Shown: positions 28,614 through 38,188, counted from the first letter of the stretch. The stretch: DNA of 43,526 nucleotides from an uncultured Candidatus Saccharibacteria bacterium (GCA_964384645.1 CAYLKL010000007.1:1-43526); one strand, 5' to 3'. A program made the numbers and translations. Notes: generated by a model from the letters alone, not told the origin.

Positions 28614-28649
28614 AAAAAAGCCGGAATAATTTCCGGCTTTTTATTTTTG
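28614..28649. terminator. Bidirectional intrinsic terminator between the plus-strand gene and the minus-strand tRNA-Ala(GGC)
   Basis: A6-GCCGGAA-TAAT-TTCCGGC-TTTTTATTTTT. Confidence 0.75.
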
Positions 28650-28651
28650 TG

Positions 28652-28724
28652 TGGACCGTACCGGGATTGAACCGGTCGCCCCTTCCATGCCATGGAAGCA
28701 CTCTACCAAATGAGCTAACGGCCC
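28652..28724 (-). tRNA. tRNA-Ala (anticodon GGC), CCA not encoded
   Basis: On the minus strand: GGGCCGT-TA-GCTC-ATTTGGTA-GAGT-G-CTTCC-ATGGCAT-GGAAG-GGGCG-ACCGG-TTCAATC-CCGGT-ACGGTCC-A. The G3:U70 pair is present. Confidence 0.85.
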
Positions 28725-28835
28725 GATGTTAAATATACAAGTGTTTGTAGGAAGTACTACAAATTAGTTGGTAACCTGTAAATAAAATTAAAATATTTAT
28801 TCACGAGATTTTAGCATATTTTTTTATTTTTAAAA

Positions 28836-28844
28836 TGTTATAAT
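28836..28844 (+). promoter_or_regulatory. Extended -10 promoter TGTTATAAT ending 8 nt before the ATG at 28853. This implies a leaderless or near-leaderless mRNA.
   Basis: Consensus TGnTATAAT, with the start codon at 28853. Confidence 0.55.
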
Positions 28845-28852
28845 TTTCTCAT

Positions 28853-31003
28853 ATGTTTGACCCAAACAAAATAACGTACTTTGGCGAAACTGATTTTCGT
28901 GGAGCCCGAACAAAGTTCGGCATTAAAGCGATTGATCGTACTCGACATATGTATGTAATCGGAAAGACGGGTATGGGTAAATCTACTATTTTGGAAAACA
29001 TGGCGATTCAAGATGTTCAAGGTGGTGAAGGTTTAGCGTTTATGGATCCACACGGAGGTTCAGCGGACAAACTCCTCGAATTTGTTCCAGAAGATCGAAT
29101 TCGTGATGTTATATATTACGCGCCTTTTGATTCTGAATTCCCAATCGCTTTCAATGTTCTAGAAGACGTTGGCGCAGACAAAAGACCTCTCGTTGCGTCA
29201 GGGCTAAAGAGTTCATTCAAAAAGTTTTGGGTGGATGCGTGGAGTGCTCGTATGGAATATATTTTAAACAATATTTTACTCGCGCTTTTGGAATATCCAG
29301 ACGCGACACTTCTTGGCGTAAACAGAATGCTTTCTGATAAAGATTACACAAAAAGAGTTGTTGAAAATGTACCCGACTCTTCTGTAAAAGCTTTTTGGGT
29401 GGATGAATTTGCAAAATATTCTGACAAGTATATGCAAGAAGCTGGAGCTGCTATTCAAAACAAAATTGGACAATTTGCTACAAATCCGCTCGTTCGAAAT
29501 ATTATCGGCCAACCAAAATCTTCTTTTGATATTCGTCGCATAATGGATGAAGGGAAAATTTTGATCATAAACTTGTCCAAAGGACGAATCGGAGAACAAA
29601 ACGCAAACCTTCTTGGTGGAATGCTTATTACAAAAATCTATTTGGCCGCGATGTCCCGAGCCGACGCAACTCCACAGGTTTTACAAGCTCTGCCAAACTT
29701 TTATTTATACGTCGACGAATTCCAATCTTTTGCGTCGGATTCTTTTGCAGACATTTTGTCTGAAGCTCGAAAATATAAATTAAATCTTATTATTGCTCAC
29801 CAATACGTAGAACAAATGTCAGAAGCCGTTCGAGCGGCAGTGTTTGGAAACGTTGGTTCTATGATTATTTACCGTGTTGGTTCATATGACGCACAAGTCT
29901 TTGAAAAAGAATTGGCACCAGCTTTCAACGCTGAAGATATTGTTAACTTGGGAAAATACCAAATGTATTTACGGTTGATGATAAATGGTGTTGGTTCGAA
30001 ACCTTTTTCAGGTACAGGTATGGCGCCAATAAAAGAATCACACCGATCTTTCGCAAAAGAAATTATTGAAAGTTCTAGATCTCAATTTGCTGCACCAAGA
30101 GCACAAGTCGAAGAAAACATTCGTGCTTGGTATAACGACGGTAATACTCCAAAAAAAGAACCGGCAACTGAGGGCTCACAATCGTACGAAAAACCAAACA
30201 AACCTTTTGAAAAAAGTTTTAAAGATTTTGGAAATAAAAAAGAATTTACTCCGTCTACAAATAATTCATTTCAAAATACAAACAGAGAACCTAGAAAAGA
30301 AAATTTTACACCAAGACCAAATCCGCCACAAAATCAAAATTATTCTGCCCCAAAGCCAGCTCAGCCTTGGCAAAATAATGCACCTAGACCTGCACAAGCT
30401 CCGGTAATTAATAATGTTGCGCCAACCGCCTCACCTGAGCCTGTTTTGAAACAAGAGATAGTTCAAAAACCAATTTCTAAACCAATTCCGCCAAAAACAC
30501 AAAATATTTTTGTTCCACCTAAAAAAGAAGAAGTAAAAATATCTCCATCATTACAGAAAATTTTATCAACTCTTGAGGGTGACAATCCAGAAAAAGTAGA
30601 ATTACCAATTGTAGAAGTTCCAAAAACAGAAATACAAAAACCATTTTCAACTTTTGTTAAAAAAGAACCGACAAGAGCTGTTACCGCAGAATCGAGCTCT
30701 CTTTTAAAGAGTGCTCTTGAGAAAGCTTTAGCTAGTAAGAATAAAGAAAGTGTTGAAACTTCAAAACCAGACACAGTAGAACCAAAAGTTCAACCAGAAA
30801 AACCAAAAGAAGCAATTGTAGATACTTCTGTTTATAGTCCAGTAGTGCCGGTTGTAGAAGATAAATCAATACCTGATATTCAAACACCTCCACCAACGCC
30901 TGAAATTAAAAAAGAAGAATACGCTTTACCAACACCACAAAAAGATGTTCCAGAAGATGTTTTAAGAGATTTGTTAAAAACTGAGAATGAGCCACAAGGT
31001 TAA
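28853..31003 (+). CDS. Soluble TraG/VirD4/TrwB-like (T4SS coupling-protein family) P-loop ATPase with a C-terminal Pro/Glu/Lys/Gln-rich low-complexity tail of about 300 aa
   Basis: Walker A GKTGMGKST, the DPHGG motif (DPKGE-like), and Walker B YLYVDEFQSF. There are no N-terminal TM helices. Confidence 0.5.
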   Translation: MFDPNKITYFGETDFRGARTKFGIKAIDRTRHMYVIGKTGMGKSTILENMAIQDVQGGEGLAFMDPHGGSADKLLEFVPEDRIRDVIYYAPFDSEFPIAFNVLEDVGADKRPLVASGLKSSFKKFWVDAWSARMEYILNNILLALLEYPDATLLGVNRMLSDKDYTKRVVENVPDSSVKAFWVDEFAKYSDKYMQEAGAAIQNKIGQFATNPLVRNIIGQPKSSFDIRRIMDEGKILIINLSKGRIGEQNANLLGGMLITKIYLAAMSRADATPQVLQALPNFYLYVDEFQSFASDSFADILSEARKYKLNLIIAHQYVEQMSEAVRAAVFGNVGSMIIYRVGSYDAQVFEKELAPAFNAEDIVNLGKYQMYLRLMINGVGSKPFSGTGMAPIKESHRSFAKEIIESSRSQFAAPRAQVEENIRAWYNDGNTPKKEPATEGSQSYEKPNKPFEKSFKDFGNKKEFTPSTNNSFQNTNREPRKENFTPRPNPPQNQNYSAPKPAQPWQNNAPRPAQAPVINNVAPTASPEPVLKQEIVQKPISKPIPPKTQNIFVPPKKEEVKISPSLQKILSTLEGDNPEKVELPIVEVPKTEIQKPFSTFVKKEPTRAVTAESSSLLKSALEKALASKNKESVETSKPDTVEPKVQPEKPKEAIVDTSVYSPVVPVVEDKSIPDIQTPPPTPEIKKEEYALPTPQKDVPEDVLRDLLKTENEPQG

Positions 31004-32414
31004 AATAATTTTATTTTTTGTTTTGTTTTTAACGCCCGTATTTGCGAGTGCGGCAGATGTGTCTATTAGTGAAATAATGTACGATCCTGCTGGGACCGAT
31101 ACTGGTCACGAATGGATTGAGATTTACAATTCAGGTAGTAGTGTAAGTTTAAGTGGTTGGAAATTTTTTGAAGAAGGTTCAAATCATGGGTTGGCGGAAT
31201 ACCAAGGCGGGTTAACACTTGGTGAAAATAGCTATGCAGTAATTGTTTCGGATCCAGTAAAATTTTTAGAAGATTATCCAGGATTTTCTGGGATCATTCT
31301 CGATTCTTCGTGGTCTTCTTTTAATAATACAGGCGAGAGTTTGGCGATAAAGAATAATACCAATAGTGTGGTTTTTCAAGTGAATTACACAGGTGGAGGG
31401 CAAGCTGCTGGAGATGGTAATAGTTTGCAGTTTTATTCAGGTGGTTGGACTGCAGGTATTCCAACTCCTGGGGCCCCTAATACTGATGAAGTAAATGAAG
31501 GGGACGATCAAAATGCTGGTGGAGACAATAATGAAGATGAGGAAGAAGAAGTTGAGACTCAAACTGTTTCTGGTGGCGAGAAAGAAGAGTTAGTAAAAAT
31601 TTACAATGGAACAACAATAAAAATACAAACTGATCAAAATGCTGTGGTTGGGGTTCCTTTTAAATTCAAGGTAAATGTTTTGGATGAATATGGAAGAGAG
31701 TTAAAAGTGGGAATTTTTAAATGGAATTTTGGTGACGGTATGACTTCGGAAGAAAAAGACGTAGTTGAATTTTTGCATATTTATAAAAAAGCAGGGAAGT
31801 ATGTTGCGTTCTTGGATTATTTTGAAAAATCAAGAAATGTTGTTCCAGACGCTACTTTAAAAGTTGTTGTTACAGTTATTGAGCCAGGGCTAAAGATACA
31901 AAGTATTGATAATGATAAAAATATAGAAATAAAAAATGAAGGATCGACAGAGCGAGATATTTCTGGGTGGATGTTATTTTTTGGAAATCAAATTTTTACG
32001 CTTCCTCCACACAGTATAGTTCTTGCGAAAAGTTCTATTTTTTTAAATCCTTTAGCTCATAATTTTTCAGGATTAAACTCAAATTCAAAGCTTGATTTAT
32101 ATTTACCAACCAATGAGTTCTACGCAACTTATCCTGAGCCAGTAAAAGTTGCACAGGCTTTTTCTTCTAGTACGACCCAAAGAGTTGTTAAAAGTAGTGT
32201 TGTTGAAAAAGAGAGTGTTGAAGTACCGAGTGATTCACAACAAGCTTCAGTTGTTCTGTCGCAAGACTCAAAAGATAACACCGGAGTAAATCCAAAAATA
32301 TTTATTGGTGCATTTGTTTTGTTTTGCCTTGTCGCAATGTTTGTTTTTTATCGTTTTGGTAAGAGTAAAAATACACAAGAAAACGAAGCGGATGATTACA
32401 AAATTTTGTCTTAA
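30987..32414 (+). CDS. Surface/secreted protein with lamin-tail-domain (LTD) modules and a PKD-like module, plus a C-terminal TM anchor
   Basis: Signal peptide; SEIMYDPAGTDTGHEWIEIYNSG (LTD); FKWNFGDGMTSEE..GKYVAFLD (PKD-like); a second LTD-like segment; and a C-terminal hydrophobic helix. Confidence 0.6.
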   Translation: MSHKVKIILFFVLFLTPVFASAADVSISEIMYDPAGTDTGHEWIEIYNSGSSVSLSGWKFFEEGSNHGLAEYQGGLTLGENSYAVIVSDPVKFLEDYPGFSGIILDSSWSSFNNTGESLAIKNNTNSVVFQVNYTGGGQAAGDGNSLQFYSGGWTAGIPTPGAPNTDEVNEGDDQNAGGDNNEDEEEEVETQTVSGGEKEELVKIYNGTTIKIQTDQNAVVGVPFKFKVNVLDEYGRELKVGIFKWNFGDGMTSEEKDVVEFLHIYKKAGKYVAFLDYFEKSRNVVPDATLKVVVTVIEPGLKIQSIDNDKNIEIKNEGSTERDISGWMLFFGNQIFTLPPHSIVLAKSSIFLNPLAHNFSGLNSNSKLDLYLPTNEFYATYPEPVKVAQAFSSSTTQRVVKSSVVEKESVEVPSDSQQASVVLSQDSKDNTGVNPKIFIGAFVLFCLVAMFVFYRFGKSKNTQENEADDYKILS

Positions 32415-32442
32415 CTATATTTCTGTTAGAATAGAATGATAT

Positions 32443-33681
32443 ATGGCAAAAGAAAAAAGAGTTTTAATCGTTGGAGGTGGATTTGCTGGTGTGCAAGCAG
32501 CTCTTGATTTATCAAAGAAAAATTTACCAAATACATTTATTACTCTTGTTTCTGATAGGCATCATTTTGAGTACACACCCCTTTTGTATCGCGCTGTGAC
32601 TGGACGAAATCCTATGGAAGTTTGTGTGCCCTTACGAGATATTTTTGAAGGCAAAAATGTTGCCATCGATATCGATACAATTATAGGCGTAACTCCAGAT
32701 CAAAACACTGCGATTGGATCAAGCGGAACAACTTACGAGTTCGACTATGCCATTTTGGCTCTCGGAAGTGAGACTATTTTTTATGGAATAGAGGGGATGA
32801 AAGATTTCTCTTTTTCTTTCAAGTCTATAAACGAGGCACTTCGTCTAAAAGAACATCTTCATAGAATGTTTGAGGAAGGAAAACACGCAGCTGGATCAGA
32901 GAAAGATTCCCATTACAGAATAGTTATTGTTGGAGGGGGTCCTTCTGGGGTTGAGCTTGCGGGAGAGCTTGCCGTCTATACAAAAAACTTTAGTAAAATA
33001 CATAAAATAGATCGAAATAAAATAGAAATAGTTTTAATAGAAGGATCAGATCGAGTTTTGGCCATGCTTTCGCCAAAGGTTTCTGCTTTGGCACTAAAAA
33101 AATTAAAGGAACTAAATGTTAAGGTGTTATTGAGTGAACGAGTAAAGCAGGTTGAAAAAGAAAAAGTTTTACTTGATAACGATGAAATAATTTCAAAGAC
33201 TATTGTGTGGGCGTCGGGGATTAGGCCAAAAGAATTTTATTCAACTATTCCAAATACCGAAAAAGATCCGAAAGGAAGAGTTGTGGTAGACGGGCAACTT
33301 TCTATAAAAGAGCATGAAAATGTATTTGTTGTTGGTGATGGTGCAAATACAAAATATTCAGGAATGGCACAAACTGCAATTGTTGATGGGGCATTTTCTG
33401 CAGAAGTTATCGCTTCCAAAATACAAGGCAAATCTTTGCCAAAATATTCTCCAAAAAAAGTTGGTTACTCTGTTCCGGTTGGGCCAATGTGGGCTATATT
33501 TACATACGGTAATATTTCTTTTTCGGGACTTTCTGCTTGGATTCTTAGAAAAATAATTGATATAAGATATATGACAAGTATTCTTCCTTTTTGGAAAGGG
33601 CTTATCGCTGTAAAAGAAGGCGCAAGACTTTGTGAATCATGCCCAACTTGTACAAAGTGTATAAAAGATAATAATAACTAA
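32443..33681 (+). CDS. ndh: Type II NADH dehydrogenase-like FAD/NAD(P)-binding oxidoreductase with a C-terminal Cys cluster
   Basis: VLIVGGGFAGV...DRHHFEYTPLLYRAVTG, and a second Rossmann motif IVIVGGGPSGVELAGE. Confidence 0.7.
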   Translation: MAKEKRVLIVGGGFAGVQAALDLSKKNLPNTFITLVSDRHHFEYTPLLYRAVTGRNPMEVCVPLRDIFEGKNVAIDIDTIIGVTPDQNTAIGSSGTTYEFDYAILALGSETIFYGIEGMKDFSFSFKSINEALRLKEHLHRMFEEGKHAAGSEKDSHYRIVIVGGGPSGVELAGELAVYTKNFSKIHKIDRNKIEIVLIEGSDRVLAMLSPKVSALALKKLKELNVKVLLSERVKQVEKEKVLLDNDEIISKTIVWASGIRPKEFYSTIPNTEKDPKGRVVVDGQLSIKEHENVFVVGDGANTKYSGMAQTAIVDGAFSAEVIASKIQGKSLPKYSPKKVGYSVPVGPMWAIFTYGNISFSGLSAWILRKIIDIRYMTSILPFWKGLIAVKEGARLCESCPTCTKCIKDNNN

Positions 33682-34241
33682 ATCTTTTTTAGAATTGCCG
33701 GTATTTTTTTAAAATCTTTTAGCAAGGTCTCTCTAAGTTTTCCATTATATAAAGCAACTGCTGGATGATAGAGTGCCAAGAAATTTTCTGTTTTTAAATT
33801 TGGAAATTTATTTTTCAAAAGTTTTCCGTGAATTTCACTAATTTTAAATTCTGGAAAAAAGTCATTCATCGAGTGCCTTCCCAAAAAAACAATAAGTTTT
33901 GGTTTTATAAAATTTAATTCATCAATTAGCCATTCGCGACAATCTTCTTTTTCTTTTGGCAACGGGTCGCGATTGTTTGGTGGACGATATTTTACAATAT
34001 TTGTAATGTAGATTTTTTCACGACTCATTTTTATTTCTTTAAGCATTTCACTTAAAAATTTTCCAGCACGTCCAATAAAAGGCCGGCCTTCTAGGTCTTC
34101 ATTTTTACCAGGAGCTTCACCAATAAAGACAATTTTGGCTTTCGGGTTGCCGTCTCCAAATACTGCTTGAGTGGCAGTCTTTTTTAGTTTGCATTTGCAG
34201 GCTTTTTGCCAGTATTTGTTTATTTCCGATAAATCCCTCAT
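33678..34241 (-). CDS. Uracil-DNA glycosylase, family 4 (Fe-S type)
   Basis: VFGDGNPKAKIVFIGEAPGKNEDLEGRPFIGRAGKFL and N-terminal cysteines. Confidence 0.8.
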   Translation of the reverse strand: MRDLSEINKYWQKACKCKLKKTATQAVFGDGNPKAKIVFIGEAPGKNEDLEGRPFIGRAGKFLSEMLKEIKMSREKIYITNIVKYRPPNNRDPLPKEKEDCREWLIDELNFIKPKLIVFLGRHSMNDFFPEFKISEIHGKLLKNKFPNLKTENFLALYHPAVALYNGKLRETLLKDFKKIPAILKKI

Positions 34242-34278
34242 ATCTTGATTATATAGATAATTCTGATAAGCTTAAGAC

Positions 34279-34512
34279 ATGTTTGGAGGAATAAAAGATT
34301 TTTTTGTAAAAAAGCTTCTCGAGAAGCAGTTAAAAAATGTGCCACCTGCACAACGCGATATGATAATGAATATGGTTCAAAAAAATCCAGAACTATTTAA
34401 AAAAATTGCCGCTGAGGTAGAAAACAAAAAGAAAAATGAAGGTAAGGATGAAATGGTCGCAACTATGGAAGTAATGCGAAAATATCAAGGAGAACTTAGA
34501 AATTTGATGTAA
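34279..34512 (+). CDS. Hypothetical small protein
   Basis: ORF only. Confidence 0.4.
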   Translation: MFGGIKDFFVKKLLEKQLKNVPPAQRDMIMNMVQKNPELFKKIAAEVENKKKNEGKDEMVATMEVMRKYQGELRNLM

Positions 34513-34517
34513 AGACT

Positions 34518-34994
34518 ATGTTTAATGCAGAAAATCCGCAGGATGTAAATCACTTAAACTCCTCAAAAGAGAATCTTGTAGGTAAGTTAGAAGACCTTAA
34601 AAATAGAAAATCAGAAATAACTCACTTTTATGATGAGTTTAGATTTGCTTATTTTAATTCAGATCAGGACAAAGAAGAAATTTCTAAAAAGAGAGAAGAG
34701 CTTTTAAATTCATTGTTGCAAAATAAAGAACTGGAGAATATAAATGAAGAAATTCATAAACTTAACAGAGAAATAATGTTAAGACACAGAAAGGACCTGG
34801 CGACTAATTATTTAGTAACACAAATGTTTCTAAGCGATCTTTACCAAAAGATGTTTGATCTTCCAGAGGGTGACGTAAGGTTGAAAGAGATAGAAGATAA
34901 GATTGTTGAATTTGAAAATTTGCTCAAAAATGATATTAAAAGTTTAAACTCGGAGGGGTTATCTGAGGATCTTGTAAAAAATGGAGGGTATTAA
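34518..34994 (+). CDS. Hypothetical coiled-coil protein
   Basis: ORF only; charged heptad-like content. Confidence 0.45.
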   Translation: MFNAENPQDVNHLNSSKENLVGKLEDLKNRKSEITHFYDEFRFAYFNSDQDKEEISKKREELLNSLLQNKELENINEEIHKLNREIMLRHRKDLATNYLVTQMFLSDLYQKMFDLPEGDVRLKEIEDKIVEFENLLKNDIKSLNSEGLSEDLVKNGGY

Positions 34995-35016
34995 CTAGAT
35001 TTTTATTGAAAAGTTA

Positions 35017-35042
35017 ATAAAAAAAGGAGCGCTATGCGCTCC
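35017..35042 (-). terminator. Intrinsic terminator for minus-strand gene 35067..35360
   Basis: On the minus strand, GGAGCGC-ATA-GCGCTCC followed by TTTTTTTATT. Confidence 0.65.
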
Positions 35043-35066
35043 TCTCGGGGGTTAGGGTTCACTGTA

Positions 35067-35360
35067 TTATGTTGTTTGAGCCTCAGGCTCTTTTTGTTTC
35101 TTTTTAACGACAGGTGCCGGGTCTTCGTATGTGGCGATTATAGCTTCTGCGTATTTTGCATATTTTTCCGGCAGTAGTGTTTCTTTTTGTCTCCAGGCCT
35201 TCATTGCTTTTTGGTAATCAGATATTGGTGAAAAATGTTTACCGTTGTGTTTAAGATGTTGGCCAGTTTGTGGATCCATCTTGAAACAGGTTTCTTTGTT
35301 GGTTCCTGGGACGGTTGCTCTTATGAGCAGGTTTTCGTTGGCTGATTTGATACAGTGCAT
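35067..35360 (-). CDS. Hypothetical 97 aa protein under a consensus promoter
   Basis: ORF with its own consensus promoter and terminator. No family was recognised. Confidence 0.5.
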   Translation of the reverse strand: MHCIKSANENLLIRATVPGTNKETCFKMDPQTGQHLKHNGKHFSPISDYQKAMKAWRQKETLLPEKYAKYAEAIIATYEDPAPVVKKKQKEPEAQTT

Positions 35361-35392
35361 ATTTAGTTATTTTAAGGTTAAACTTGTTGACG

Positions 35393-35421
35393 ATTATATA
35401 CACTTGTTTATAAATTGTCAA
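35393..35421 (-). promoter_or_regulatory. Consensus sigma-70 promoter on the minus strand, TTGACA-17-TATAAT, driving gene 35067..35360
   Basis: Perfect -35 and -10 hexamers with a 17 nt spacer. Confidence 0.65.
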
Positions 35422-35423
35422 AA

Positions 35424-35452
35424 TAAAAAAGCCCTGTATTCTCGGGGCCTTT
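35424..35452 (-). terminator. Intrinsic terminator for minus-strand gene 35454..36086
   Basis: On the minus strand, GGCCCCGAGAATACAGGGC followed by TTTTTTATTTT. Confidence 0.55.
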
Positions 35453-35453
35453 C

Positions 35454-36086
35454 TTAATTGAAAATTTTTTTAAGCAGAGAGGAAATGAACGTTTTTTTTG
35501 GGTTCAAAATTCTTTCCCGTTTCTTCAGAATATATTCATAGGCATATTGTGTCTGTTCTCTCGAAATATATCCGGGTGTTTCAATATGTGTTTGGCTTAC
35601 GTACTTCTTTTCTTCGTGTAATCCAAAAGCCATCACAAATAAATCCGTCGCCACCTCAGATTCCCTGTGTTTGTCGAAAGTAGAGTAGAGGGTTAAATGA
35701 GCTAATTCATGGCAAAGTGTTGTTATGAAAAATTCAAATTTTTCATAGCGTTCTGGATGAATACAAATCTCAAACCGTATTCTTTTAAATGCCTCTGTGT
35801 AAAAAAGTACCGGTTTGTACTTGTTTAATGTTATATACCCCTTACAAAGTGGGTCTTGTAGCGTACTGGTATTCTTCTGTATTAATCTTACATTAGCCGG
35901 AATATTTACTTTTCTTAGGAAATCAACAATTATTTCTTTGTGTAGATTTCTTTCGAACCAAATCCTGTAGGCTTTATTATAAGATAATAAGTCAAAGTTG
36001 AATTTTTGAACAAAGTGATCGATAACACTTTCAATGTACTTTTTATCTTGCTGGGTCATAGACTGAGTTGTTTTAAGGTTTGGCAT
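35454..36086 (-). CDS. HExxH-motif putative Zn metallohydrolase (SprT/DUF45-like), divergent from the next gene
   Basis: CHELAHL...H motif. Call by motif only. Confidence 0.45.
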   Translation of the reverse strand: MPNLKTTQSMTQQDKKYIESVIDHFVQKFNFDLLSYNKAYRIWFERNLHKEIIVDFLRKVNIPANVRLIQKNTSTLQDPLCKGYITLNKYKPVLFYTEAFKRIRFEICIHPERYEKFEFFITTLCHELAHLTLYSTFDKHRESEVATDLFVMAFGLHEEKKYVSQTHIETPGYISREQTQYAYEYILKKRERILNPKKTFISSLLKKIFN

Positions 36087-36129
36087 ATTTTAGCATACAT
36101 TATAGTTTTGTCAAACAAACAAAACAAAA

Positions 36130-36138
36130 TGTTATAAT
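36130..36138 (+). promoter_or_regulatory. Extended -10 promoter TGTTATAAT for the DUF45 gene
   Basis: Identical nonamer to the one at 28836. Confidence 0.5.
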
Positions 36139-36147
36139 CCCAATATC

Positions 36148-36669
36148 TTGGAATACACAATAAAGAAAAATAAGCTTTCAAAAGGGATGCGAATAACCAT
36201 AAAAGAAGGTGGGGAAGTTTTGGTTACAATACCAAGACGATTGCCGAAATATTTTGCCCACCGTTTTGTTGAAAGTAAAAAAGATTGGATTGTCGAAATG
36301 CAGGCAAAGGCAAAATCTCGTCCGCAAAAAATCTTGGCACATTATTCGGCAAAAGATTTCAAAGAACACAAAGAAAGCGCACTTGTTTTGATAGAAAACC
36401 GAATTGCTCATTTTAATAAATTTTATAAATTTGAAATTTCCAAAGTCGTCGTTCGCAATCAAAAAACAAGATGGGGAAGTTGTTCGGGAAAAAAGATTCT
36501 AAATTTCAATTACAAACTTGTTTTCTTACCACTTCCACTCGCAGACTATATTGTCGTCCATGAACTTTGCCACCTAGCCCAAATGAACCACGGCCCAAAA
36601 TTCTGGGCATTAGTAGCTCAGCAAATCCCGGATTATAAGGAACGAAGAAAACAAATAAGACTTTTTTAG
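36148..36669 (+). CDS. YgjP/DUF45-family metal-dependent hydrolase (HExxH..NH..FW). The likely start is the ATG at 36187.
   Basis: WGSCSGKKILNFNYKLVFLPLPLADYIVVHELCHLAQMNHGPKFWALV is the family hallmark. Confidence 0.75.
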   Translation: MEYTIKKNKLSKGMRITIKEGGEVLVTIPRRLPKYFAHRFVESKKDWIVEMQAKAKSRPQKILAHYSAKDFKEHKESALVLIENRIAHFNKFYKFEISKVVVRNQKTRWGSCSGKKILNFNYKLVFLPLPLADYIVVHELCHLAQMNHGPKFWALVAQQIPDYKERRKQIRLF

Positions 36670-36677
36670 GTTATGTG

Positions 36678-36706
36678 TTGACATAATAGTATTTTGCTGG
36701 TAATGT
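36678..36706 (+). promoter_or_regulatory. Sigma-70 promoter TTGACA-17-TAATGT for the SPFH gene
   Basis: Hexamers at 36678-36683 and 36701-36706. Confidence 0.6.
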
Positions 36707-36756
36707 ATCGCCAGTATATTTGTTCATTAAAATCACATCTAAAAACTAAAAAACTT

Positions 36757-38139
36757 ATGAAAAATCTTATTGTGTTGAGTATTTTGCCTGATTTATCAGG
36801 TTCAGTGTCCGGGTTGTCAGCAGGTGTATTTGTTGTCATCGTGGCCATCATGGCCTTTCTTTACAGAACTGTTGTACCTACAAACATGGTGCATATTGTT
36901 CAATACAGAAAGAAAACAATCTCGTATGGAACAGGTCAGTCTGCTGGTAATGTATATTACAGATGGCCTGCATGGATTCCTTTTTTTGGGGTAACTTCTA
37001 TACATTTACCTGTTAGCAACTTCAATTTAAACTTCAAAGATTATGAAGCTTATGACAAAGACCGAGTACCTTTTGTTCTAGATCTAACGGCTTTCTTTCG
37101 TATTACTGATACAAATATCGCCGCTCAGCGTATTTCAAGTAAGACGGAGTTGGACAATCAGTTAACGTCTATTTTGCAAGGTGCAGTAAGAAAAATTCTT
37201 GCTTCGCACGACATAAATGCAATCATGACGGATCGCGCAACTTTTGGTAAACAATTTACAGAAGAGGTTCAACAAGAACTTCAAAACTGGGGTGTTGAAC
37301 CGGTAAAGAATATTGAACTTATGGATATTCGGGACGCAAAAGGATCATCGGTAATTGCAGACATTATGGCAAAGAAGAGTTCCCAAATAAATATGGAGAG
37401 CCGTATGGAAGTTGCTAAAAATAATAAAGAAGCAGAAATTGCAGAGGTTGTAGCTGCACGTGAAGTCGATGTAGAAAAACAAAATGCACTTGAGGTTGTC
37501 GGTAAACGAACTGCAGAAAAAGACAAGGCGGTAGGTATTGCTAAAGAGGTTTCTGAGCAAGAAATAAAAAATGAGCAAGCCAAAACTGCAGAAAAAGACA
37601 AGACTGTTGAGAAGATTAAATTGGTTCGTGATGCTGAAAATGCTAAAGAAGCAGCTATTGTTGAAGCGGATCAGGAAAAAGAAACAACAATCAGAATTGC
37701 TGATGGTAAACTTCAGGCCACAAAACTTGAAGCTCAGGGAATTGAAGCAAAAGGTAGGGCAGAAGGAGAAGCTGAAAAAGCAAAACAACTCGCTCCTGTT
37801 GAGGCTCAAATTAAATTAGCCAAAGAGATTGGTGGCAATCATAATTATCAAAGTTATCTGGTGTTACTTGAAGCTACTAAGGCGTATACTACAGTTGGTA
37901 CTGAACAAGCTAAAGCATTGCAAGATGCAGAAGTGAAAATCATTGCCAATGGTGGAAACGCTCAGGATGGAGTGAAAAATGCTCTTGATCTTTTTAGCAC
38001 AAAAGGAGGTTTCTCTATTGCTAGCATGCTTGAAGCATTGGAGGCAACACCGCAAGGGCAAAAGCTCGTTGATAGTCTTGGTGATTTGTTTGCTAAAAAA
38101 GAAAACACTGAAAACACTGATAGTAAAAAAGAAGCTTAA
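36757..38139 (+). CDS. SPFH/band-7 (flotillin-like) membrane protein (ATG at 36757; the track starts it at TTG 36694)
   Basis: N-terminal TM, an SPFH domain, then a long Ala/Glu/Lys-rich coiled coil. Confidence 0.8.
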   Translation: MKNLIVLSILPDLSGSVSGLSAGVFVVIVAIMAFLYRTVVPTNMVHIVQYRKKTISYGTGQSAGNVYYRWPAWIPFFGVTSIHLPVSNFNLNFKDYEAYDKDRVPFVLDLTAFFRITDTNIAAQRISSKTELDNQLTSILQGAVRKILASHDINAIMTDRATFGKQFTEEVQQELQNWGVEPVKNIELMDIRDAKGSSVIADIMAKKSSQINMESRMEVAKNNKEAEIAEVVAAREVDVEKQNALEVVGKRTAEKDKAVGIAKEVSEQEIKNEQAKTAEKDKTVEKIKLVRDAENAKEAAIVEADQEKETTIRIADGKLQATKLEAQGIEAKGRAEGEAEKAKQLAPVEAQIKLAKEIGGNHNYQSYLVLLEATKAYTTVGTEQAKALQDAEVKIIANGGNAQDGVKNALDLFSTKGGFSIASMLEALEATPQGQKLVDSLGDLFAKKENTENTDSKKEA

Positions 38140-38153
38140 TTAGTTGCAGTGAT

Positions 38154-38188
38154 CAAAGTCGACCCTTAGGGTCGACTTTTTTTATTTT
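38154..38188 (+). terminator. Strong intrinsic terminator
   Basis: AGTCGACCC-TTA-GGGTCGACT followed by TTTTTTTATTTT. Confidence 0.8.
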
